From positions 57,818 to 77,817 of IMG/VR virus record IMGVR_UViG_3300015373_000001: a stretch of DNA of 20,000 nucleotides; one strand, 5' to 3'. The DNA comes from an uncultured virus (IMG/VR IMGVR_UViG_3300015373_000001) (lineage: Duplodnaviria > Heunggongvirae > Uroviricota > Caudoviricetes). The position numbers and the translations under genes were made by a program. Of this stretch, positions 7,768-14,099 are shown in pieces; the stretch's first letter is position 1; every line of letters begins with the position of its first letter. The notes below the pieces were generated by a model that was given only the letters and a program-made list of their open reading frames with translations, ran no database searches and had not been told where the DNA came from.

Positions 7768-8408
7768 GGGGTTTTGACGAGGTCGAAGAACTCGCTGCGC
7801 ATCGCCACACTGTCCCGGAACGAGCCGCGCAGGTGCGACGTCACCATGGCCGCGCCGACCGCGCGGGCTCCCCGCAGCGTCATGCAGGAGTGCGCTGACC
7901 GGATCACGCACGCCGCCCCCTCGGTGTCGAGGTTGCGGACGATCGCGTCCACGATCTGATCGCCGAGGCGTTCCTGCATCTGCGGCCGGGCCGCGTACTC
8001 CTGCACGATCCGGGCCAGCTTCGACAGGCCGACCACGCGGGCGCCCGGCGCTGGAACGTAGCCGACGGCGGCCGTGCCGGTGAAGGCGAGGAGGTGGTGT
8101 TCGCAGATTGAGGTGAACGCGATACCCGGCACGATGATCATGCCGGGGTTGTTCGACGGCGGCGGGAATGTCCGGGCGAAGTGCCGGTCCGGGTCGGCCC
8201 GAGTTCCGGCCGTCAGCTCGACCAGGGCGCGCACGAACCGGCCCGGCGTCTCCTCGGTGCCGTCGTCGTCGCACGGCATCCCCAGCGCCCGCAGCATCGC
8301 GCGGGCATGCATGACGGCGACGTTGAAGTCCCCGGCCGCTTCCGGGTCCGTCTCGATGTAGCCGACCGGGTCCGGCAACCCGTACGTGTAGATCTCTTCT
8401 ACGGCCAT
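7764..8408 (-). CDS. folE: GTP cyclohydrolase I
   Basis: ETPGRF, SICEHHLLAF, VVGLSKLARIV, RPQMQERL and HSCMTLRG motifs. Confidence 0.97.
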   Translation of the reverse strand: MAVEEIYTYGLPDPVGYIETDPEAAGDFNVAVMHARAMLRALGMPCDDDGTEETPGRFVRALVELTAGTRADPDRHFARTFPPPSNNPGMIIVPGIAFTSICEHHLLAFTGTAAVGYVPAPGARVVGLSKLARIVQEYAARPQMQERLGDQIVDAIVRNLDTEGAACVIRSAHSCMTLRGARAVGAAMVTSHLRGSFRDSVAMRSEFFDLVKTP

Positions 8409-9145
8409 CAGCGCCCCCGCTCGTCTCCCCAGAGCAGCACATGCATGCGATGGGTGTAGTTGAACCGGTAGAACAGCGCCTGCTCTACGGTGTTCCTGGT
8501 GGTGACGGCCAGCACTTCGGCGCTCCGCCCCTCCGGCATGATCCAGACGCGTTCGGCCGGGATGTCCAGGTCAGTGACGTAGGCGGCGACCGCATCGACG
8601 TCAGAGGCGATACGGCATACCCACTTGAAGACGGCTTTGCCCGTGTCGCGGAACGCGGTCAGCACCTCGGGCCGGATCCGCTTCTCCTCGCTCATCCCGG
8701 CGTGCGCCAACTTGGGGCTCACGTTGAACTGGCTTACGCAGGCAACCGTGTAGGCGTCGGGGGTGATGGTGCCGTTCGTCTCCACCTCCACCCGTTTGCC
8801 GAGCCGCTTCAGCCCGTCCAGCAGGCTGCGCCATCCCTCCTGCTGCTGGTGCAGTAGCGGTTCACCGCCGGTGATGACGACCATGTCGGCGCCGTGCTGC
8901 TCCACTTCGGCCAGGATCCCGGCGACCGGCGCCCGCGTCAGCTCCTCGCGCAGGTTGTAGCGGTCGGCGTTCCAGGTGTATTGGGTATCGCACCAGCCGC
9001 AGGACAGGTTGCAGCCGCCAGTGCGGACGAACGACGCCGTACGGCCCGCCGACGCTCCTTCGCCTTGCCAGGTTGGGCCGAAGCATTCGGCGATCACCAG
9101 GGATTCGTCTGTGCTGAACAGCTCAACCGGGGGGGTGTCGGTCAT
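8408..9145 (-). CDS. queE: 7-carboxy-7-deazaguanine synthase (radical SAM)
   Basis: TWQGEG..GR, FVRTGGCNLSCGWCDT (CxxxCxxC), VITGGEPLL, VETNGT, VSPKL. Start at ATG 9145 overlaps the queD stop. Confidence 0.96.
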   Translation of the reverse strand: MTDTPPVELFSTDESLVIAECFGPTWQGEGASAGRTASFVRTGGCNLSCGWCDTQYTWNADRYNLREELTRAPVAGILAEVEQHGADMVVITGGEPLLHQQQEGWRSLLDGLKRLGKRVEVETNGTITPDAYTVACVSQFNVSPKLAHAGMSEEKRIRPEVLTAFRDTGKAVFKWVCRIASDVDAVAAYVTDLDIPAERVWIMPEGRSAEVLAVTTRNTVEQALFYRFNYTHRMHVLLWGDERGR

Positions 9146-9648
9146 GCGCTCTCCCGTAGGGGTTGGGTGGCTCGGGACCACACCTCGCGCACGGTGACGC
9201 GGGGGGCGGGCGCCTCCCACTCTGCCGCGTTGACGTGGGTCTCCGTCACCACAACGCGCGCAATGTGGGTGCCGTCCGGCGGTTCCGGCGGCAGCCACAT
9301 GACGGCCCGGTCGGCGATCATCTCCGCGACCGCCTCCACCGTCGGCCAGTCGGCGCCGGGCCAGTCGTAGCCGAACCGGAACACCTTGCAGCCGTGCTCC
9401 AGCAGGATCTTGGCCAGCGGATCCTGATTGCCGAGCATGGCGCCGTGGTCAAGGTTGGTGTCGATCCAGGCGCGCATGTGCGCCTTGAAGCCGCCGAACT
9501 CCACGATCGTGCCGTAGCCGTCCAGTTCGGGGGCGGACACCGTTACCGTGGCCCACCAGGAGTGGCCGTGCAGGTTGGTGCACTTGTCGCCGAGTAGCGG
9601 CAGCCGGTGGGCCGCTTCGAAATTATGACGAACGGAAATGGAGCGCAT
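9142..9648 (-). CDS. queD: 6-carboxy-5,6,7,8-tetrahydropterin synthase
   Basis: FEAAHRL, KCTNLHGHSW, LDH, PTVEAVA and VTET motifs. Confidence 0.95.
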   Translation of the reverse strand: MRSISVRHNFEAAHRLPLLGDKCTNLHGHSWWATVTVSAPELDGYGTIVEFGGFKAHMRAWIDTNLDHGAMLGNQDPLAKILLEHGCKVFRFGYDWPGADWPTVEAVAEMIADRAVMWLPPEPPDGTHIARVVVTETHVNAAEWEAPAPRVTVREVWSRATQPLRESA

Positions 9649-9675
9649 CCCCGGATCGTGGCGGGGATGCGCTCC
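9640..9675 (-). promoter_or_regulatory. Perfect 14-bp hairpin covering the queD start codon
   Basis: mRNA sense GGAGCGCATCCCCG-ccacgatc-CGGGGATGCGCTCC, with the ATG in the 3' arm. Confidence 0.6.
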
Positions 9676-9692
9676 TTGTGTCGCGGCCTGGG

Positions 9693-9812
9693 TCAGTCCA
9701 GGTTGCGGGACAGCCAGCGGTCGTATTCCGTTTCGCGGGCTGCCTGCTCCGTCTTCTCTTCGCAGGCCGGGGTGCAGACGAAGTGGCCGCAGTCAGAGCA
9801 CATACTGTTCAT
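9693..9812 (-). CDS. Small Cys-rich protein (39 aa, MNSMCSDCGHFVCTPAC...)
   Basis: ATG 9812 with GGGAGA RBS. CxxC-H-C-xxx-C pattern. Confidence 0.55.
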   Translation of the reverse strand: MNSMCSDCGHFVCTPACEEKTEQAARETEYDRWLSRNLD

Positions 9813-9853
9813 GAATTTCTCCCTGGGGGGGTCGCAGGTTAGCGGTTGGGGGG

Positions 9854-10270
9854 TTAGGCGGCGCACTTGTCGGCGTCGCGGCAGAAGTGCTGGGCGGGGC
9901 CGCAGATGCGGGCGGCTTCGCGGATCGTCTTCGGGCTCCAGTAGCAGTCCCGCTCCACGTAGATCGGGACGGGCAGGCCGTACCTGGCCCGGCCCACCGT
10001 CTGCTCCAGGTCGCGCAGGTCGAAGTAGCACAGCTCGGCACCCTGCGGGTTACCGGCCAGTCGGACGTAGCCGAATACTTCGCCGGTGGTGTCGAAGTCG
10101 TCGGCGAACTCGGTCACCCACCAGTCGCCTGCGGCGCCGAAGTAGTGGACGTGGACGGTGGCGTCCAGCCCCTTGCCTTCCTGGGCGTAGAGCTTCGGGT
10201 ATTTGGCGAGTTCGCGGGCGGTGGGGTAGAAGCGGTGGCCGCGAAGGCGCCGGTTCTTCTCGATGAACAT
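9854..10270 (-). CDS. DUF2958-like protein (138 aa)
   Basis: PKLYAQE, VHYFGAAGDWWVTE, FGYV, ELCYFDLRDL and VERDCYWSP match the DUF2958 pattern. ATG 10270 with AGGAG RBS. Confidence 0.8.
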   Translation of the reverse strand: MFIEKNRRLRGHRFYPTARELAKYPKLYAQEGKGLDATVHVHYFGAAGDWWVTEFADDFDTTGEVFGYVRLAGNPQGAELCYFDLRDLEQTVGRARYGLPVPIYVERDCYWSPKTIREAARICGPAQHFCRDADKCAA

Positions 10271-10298
10271 CTGTTCTCCTGTGCGTCGCTCAAGGTGG

Positions 10299-10319
10299 GG
10301 GCCCCGGATCCCGGGGCCC
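10299..10319. other. Intergenic 9-bp hairpin preceding a GAGCGAC leader box
   Basis: GGGCCCCGG-atc-CCGGGGCCC. Confidence 0.5.
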
Positions 10320-10328
10320 ATCGGCCGG

Positions 10329-10463
10329 TCAGAACATGCATCCCAGGCGGGCGACGACGATCTCCCAGGCCCACTCGCGGAAGGCGGGGACGAAGATCAG
10401 GGCGGCGATGTGGGCGACGAACAGCGTGACGCCGATAACGAAGGGGAGGTCGCTGCGCTTCAT
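10329..10463 (-). CDS. Small membrane protein (44 aa, MKRSDLPFVIGVTLFVAHIAALIFVPAFREWAWEIVVARLGCMF)
   Basis: Manual translation. AGGAG RBS, first gene behind P6. Confidence 0.7.
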   Translation of the reverse strand: MKRSDLPFVIGVTLFVAHIAALIFVPAFREWAWEIVVARLGCMF

Positions 10464-10484
10464 GATCTTCTCCTGGGGGTGTCG

Positions 10485-10535
10485 GTCGCTCTTTCCGATA
10501 CCCCAAAGATACAGTCATTTAGCGCCTCAGGTCAA
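10485..10535 (-). promoter_or_regulatory. Repeat promoter element P6: TTGACC-N18(GCTAAATG)-TATCTT...AGAGCGAC
   Basis: Near-consensus promoter. The -35 contains the queC stop codon (10532-10534). Confidence 0.85.
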
Positions 10536-11398
10536 GGGCCGTAGCCCATCGCGTTCATCACCGCGTACACCTCGCCCAGCCGGGCCGGACTCGTCGTCAC
10601 GACGTTCCAGTGCAGCCGGTTCCAGAACTCGCGTGCCGGTTCGGTGAAGTCGATGCCGTCCGGATACGTCGCCTCCACCTGCCGCCGGTAGCCCCGGGCG
10701 GCGAACGCCACATACCGGTACAGGCAGGCCCAGCAGCGTCCGCAGTGGCCCGGCATGTCGGCGAAGCAGGAGCGGGCGGCCAAGGCGTCCTCCAGCCAGC
10801 CCCGGGCGGCCCACCATGACACGCAGTCGGCCTTGGACATGCCGATCAGTGGGGAGGACAGGCGGAAGTCGAAGCCGTTCGCGGTGGCCATGTGCTGCAT
10901 GGTGGACGCCCACCGGAACGACTTGTCGCCGCCGACGATCGGTGTCTCCAGGTAGTTGCCGCCCAGGTGGCCGAACCAGACTTCGCCCCACCAGCCGTGA
11001 GCGTGCGCCCATTCCAGCAGCCGCCACACGATGATCGAATTGCGGCCGATCTGGAAGTCTCCGACGGCGGTCCAGTCGTCGCCCACCTCCAGCATGTGCA
11101 GGCGGCCCTCAGTCAGCCGTAGCGCGGCTTCCCGGTCGCGGCGGGCGTACGGCACGCCGGTGGCCGCCATGACCGCCTCTACGGGCAATCCAGCGGCGCG
11201 GGCCATCCGGTAGCAGGTGGAGGAGTCCAGGCCGCCGGACACCGGGATGATGATCCGGAAACGCGGGTCGTCACGGTCGGCGTGCGGCAGCATCTGCCGC
11301 CGGAACGCGGTGTCGTCGCGACCCAGCCGCCACACCGCGCCCGGGTCGCCGCCGTCCAGCGCCGTCATCTCTTCGACTGCGTCGCCGGGCAGGTTCAC
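10532..11398 (-). CDS. queC: 7-cyano-7-deazaguanine synthase-like PP-loop ATPase (divergent)
   Basis: SGGLDS PP-loop, GRN, SPLIGMSKAD and SC...HCGRCWAC..R zinc site. GTG 11398 overlaps the upstream stop. Confidence 0.88.
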   Translation of the reverse strand: MNLPGDAVEEMTALDGGDPGAVWRLGRDDTAFRRQMLPHADRDDPRFRIIIPVSGGLDSSTCYRMARAAGLPVEAVMAATGVPYARRDREAALRLTEGRLHMLEVGDDWTAVGDFQIGRNSIIVWRLLEWAHAHGWWGEVWFGHLGGNYLETPIVGGDKSFRWASTMQHMATANGFDFRLSSPLIGMSKADCVSWWAARGWLEDALAARSCFADMPGHCGRCWACLYRYVAFAARGYRRQVEATYPDGIDFTEPAREFWNRLHWNVVTTSPARLGEVYAVMNAMGYGP

Positions 11399-12342
11399 GC
11401 TGCCGCCTCCTGTCGTGTGCGCTGCACGACCAGGTCCACGATCAGGTCGAAGTCGCCCTCCGATCCAACCGCGAGGTAGATCTTGGGGCCGTTGAAGTGG
11501 ATTCCGGGCGGTGTCGGTACGTAACGGTGGACGGCCAGGTGGTCGGCGTAGTTCATCCACGACAACAGTGCGGAGGAGGAGGTCCAGTCGCGTTCGGCCC
11601 GGCCCAGCTCCTTGCCGCGCATGCCGACGCGGGCGAAGCCAGGGTTGGCCAGAGCGACGGGATCGCCGCCATAGGCGCGCACCAGACTGGCGGAGGGGCG
11701 TCTAACTCCCCTTTTGATGTCGTCGGGGTGGCGCACGCACACCCATCGACCTCGCCCGCTATCGAAAAGGGTGATGGAGCCGTTGCGACTGCCCTGGGAC
11801 CAGAAGGATGAGTCCACGCTGTAGAAGGGCAGCAGATCGGGGTAGGGCGGCCGGGTCATGCCGAGTCCGTGCAGGACGGCGCCGTGCGCTCGTGCGATCT
11901 TGTGGGCGCGGATGAGCCACTGCATCATCGCCTTGCCCCGGGCGTTGACGGCGACGCCGCCGCCGAGGGCGACGAACGGATGCGTCGCGCACCACCGTTC
12001 CAGTTCCGACCATGGCGAGCCGACGTGGAAGATCGGGATGATGTAGGTGGCGTCGCCCACCATCTGCTCCAGTTCCAGGGTGTTGCGGCCGGACGCGGCC
12101 GGATCCCCGATGACGTCCAGTGTCATGGCGCAGTTGACGTACGGGCCGTATACCTGCAACCAGGTTGCATACCCCTTCAGCGAGATCGTCTTGCCTGTGG
12201 TGTAGGCGGTGAACGCCCCCGAGTCGGCCATGAAATCCACCTCCACGCCCCGTTCCCGGGCCCGGCGGACCAGCTTGCCCAGGTCCGTCTTGGCGAAGTA
12301 GGCGAACGAGCCGAGGATGGTGACGCGGCGTTCAGGCTGCAC
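11395..12342 (-). CDS. dpdA: TGT-fold DNA 7-deazaguanine transglycosylase (DpdA-like)
   Basis: DSGAF, LDVIGD, IPIFH, VALGG, LHGLG and SVDSSFW motifs, plus clustering with queC/D/E and folE. Confidence 0.8.
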   Translation of the reverse strand: MQPERRVTILGSFAYFAKTDLGKLVRRARERGVEVDFMADSGAFTAYTTGKTISLKGYATWLQVYGPYVNCAMTLDVIGDPAASGRNTLELEQMVGDATYIIPIFHVGSPWSELERWCATHPFVALGGGVAVNARGKAMMQWLIRAHKIARAHGAVLHGLGMTRPPYPDLLPFYSVDSSFWSQGSRNGSITLFDSGRGRWVCVRHPDDIKRGVRRPSASLVRAYGGDPVALANPGFARVGMRGKELGRAERDWTSSSALLSWMNYADHLAVHRYVPTPPGIHFNGPKIYLAVGSEGDFDLIVDLVVQRTRQEAAA

Positions 12343-12988
12343 TGTCGTGCGCCCACTCGATCAGCCGAATGAACCGGGCGGAGTCGTCCAGTTCCCCGTA
12401 CGGCTCGGTCAAGTCCATGAAGAAGTTGCGGATGTGCGGCGGCACCTTGAACCGCAGCAGCGGCCACAGGTCGGAGTCGTCGGGGTCGCCGTATTCCTTC
12501 TCCAGGTCGTCCAGGGTGGGCGGCTCACCCAGGGATGCGATCATGTCGTCCAGGTCGGTTTGGGAGTATCCGGCGAGTTCGAGCAGGTCGGGGTTGTCGT
12601 CGGCGATCTCGTCGAGGACTTCGACCAGGAGACGGTCGTCCCAGCCGCCCAGTTCCGACAGCCGGTTGTCGGCCACCAGGTACGCCTCGGCTTCGGCGTC
12701 GGAGCGGGATGCCCAGCCGCGCACGATCGGGACCAGCCAGTCGCCGTCGGCTTCGGTGACGCCTTCGGGCGGGGTGGCGCCGTCGGCGCGCATGGAGTCC
12801 AGGGCGGCCAGGCGGCCGTGCCCGGCGACGAGGCGGCCGGTGCGTTCGTCGAGGAGTCCGGCCATGGTGACGCCGAATTTTTCGATCGACGCGCGGATGG
12901 CGCTGGCTTGGTGCGCTTTCGGATTGCGGGTCGCGCGGGTGATGCCGGACAGGGGCAGGTGGTCGATGCGGCGGGAGGTGGTCGTCAC
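12332..12988 (-). CDS. ParB/Srx-like N-terminal domain protein
   Basis: RNPKAH, IRASIEKFG, LVAGHGRLAA and AYLVADNRLSELGGWD motifs. This domain is commonly adjacent to phage DNA-modification genes. Confidence 0.88.
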   Translation of the reverse strand: MTTTSRRIDHLPLSGITRATRNPKAHQASAIRASIEKFGVTMAGLLDERTGRLVAGHGRLAALDSMRADGATPPEGVTEADGDWLVPIVRGWASRSDAEAEAYLVADNRLSELGGWDDRLLVEVLDEIADDNPDLLELAGYSQTDLDDMIASLGEPPTLDDLEKEYGDPDDSDLWPLLRFKVPPHIRNFFMDLTEPYGELDDSARFIRLIEWAHDSAA

Positions 12989-13015
12989 GTCCGGCAGCGT
13001 GCCCGACGCCGGAGG

Positions 13016-13465
13016 TTAAGGTCGCGTCCTTTCGGCGCGGCCGAACAGCCACAGGATGTGGGTGACGACGACGTCCAGGTGGTGGGTGTCTCCGATCGTG
13101 TTGCCCCATTCGGAGATGTAGGCGCAGGCTCCCCGCACGGGCACGACGGTGATCTCTATTCCGGCGTCGTGAATGGCGGGTGGTCCTGCGTGCACGCAGG
13201 AGCTTCCGGCGTCGTCGGTGTAGGTGTAGCCCGGTAGGCCGTGTTCGGTGAGGCGCTGCATGAGGACCCGTCCGGCCGTCTGTGGTTCCCACCGTCGCAT
13301 GATGCCCGCGCCGACCTTTCGTCGCTCCCGAAAGTCCTGCCACTTAGCGTTCGCATGACGATACGCCTCGTTACGCGGGAAGGTCTCGGGATCGTGCACC
13401 TTTTCGGCGCGTCCTACTGCTTCAACGGCATCGTCCGGATCTTCGGGTGCTGGCAGAACGGGCAC
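13016..13465 (-). CDS. Hypothetical protein (~149 aa, start uncertain)
   Basis: ORF track. Fills the gap in a co-directional run and overlaps the upstream ORF by 52 nt. Confidence 0.55.
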   Translation of the reverse strand: MPVLPAPEDPDDAVEAVGRAEKVHDPETFPRNEAYRHANAKWQDFRERRKVGAGIMRRWEPQTAGRVLMQRLTEHGLPGYTYTDDAGSSCVHAGPPAIHDAGIEITVVPVRGACAYISEWGNTIGDTHHLDVVVTHILWLFGRAERTRP

Positions 13466-14046
13466 TTACAGCGGGTGTAGCGCTTCCCGCGACGCAGCTG
13501 CTGAAGGGCTATCTTCCCCGAACAGCGGTAGTGCCGCCCCTCCCGGCACGGATTCGACACATCGACGAGCTTGCCGACCAGCGGGGTGGTGTGGTTCGGC
13601 CCCAGCGCCTCCCATGTGGCCTGCGCCCCCGCCTTCCGCCCCCGCTCTTCGGCCGCGAGGGCGGCCACGAGGGCGGCGCGGATCTGCTCCAGCGTTCCGG
13701 AGGCGACACCGGGCAGGGCCAGCAGGTCGGCGTCGGCCATCTCCAAGAGATCTCCGATCTTGGGGTTGTGGGTGACAGCGTCACGGAGCAGGACGTGCGC
13801 ACGCAGCCCTCGATCCAGGGCCCTGCTTGCGCGGCTTGGCACGCCGGGCAGCCCGTCGGCGACGGGCTCATCTGCCGACACCAACTCCAGATCCAGGAAG
13901 TGTCTTACCAGATGGCGGATCTCCGTGCTGCTCACTGTGACCACGGCGACACTCACAAAATCGTTGTACCCGGACAGCCTCGCGGCCACCCGGGAACCGG
14001 CAGGTTGCGTGGCCGCGAACAGCCACTTGATCCTTTCTATCATCAA
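13414..14046 (-). CDS. Protein with RNA polymerase alpha-CTD-like (HhH) domain and C-terminal Cys/His motif; true start may be downstream (e.g. GTG 13935)
   Basis: SRASRAL...IGDLLEMADADLLALPGVASGTLEQIRAAL resembles alpha-CTD. C-terminus CREGRHYRC...CKCPFC. Confidence 0.6.
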   Translation of the reverse strand: MMIERIKWLFAATQPAGSRVAARLSGYNDFVSVAVVTVSSTEIRHLVRHFLDLELVSADEPVADGLPGVPSRASRALDRGLRAHVLLRDAVTHNPKIGDLLEMADADLLALPGVASGTLEQIRAALVAALAAEERGRKAGAQATWEALGPNHTTPLVGKLVDVSNPCREGRHYRCSGKIALQQLRRGKRYTRCKCPFCQHPKIRTMPLKQ

Positions 14047-14083
14047 GGGCCGGGCCCCCGACAGTAGGGGGTCCGGCCCTTGA
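14043..14083. terminator. Strong hairpin (17-bp stem, one imperfect pair) downstream of the 587-aa gene
   Basis: TCAAGGGCCGGGCCCCC-gacagta-GGGGGTCCGGCCCTTGA. Confidence 0.65.
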
Positions 14084-14099
14084 GATGGGCGCTAAATGG

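Noticed and set aside
9640..9700. preQ1 riboswitch upstream of queD
   Set aside because: No short stem with A-rich tail as in preQ1-I aptamers, only a GC-rich perfect hairpin.
7764..12342. Host queuosine tRNA-modification operon
   Set aside because: Phage context, no queF or queA, an adjacent ParB-domain gene, and a TGT-like protein lacking the C-terminal Cys zinc motif of tRNA TGTs.
12332..12988. ParABS partition system
   Set aside because: No parA or parS palindromes seen, and the protein resembles modification-associated ParB-N domains.
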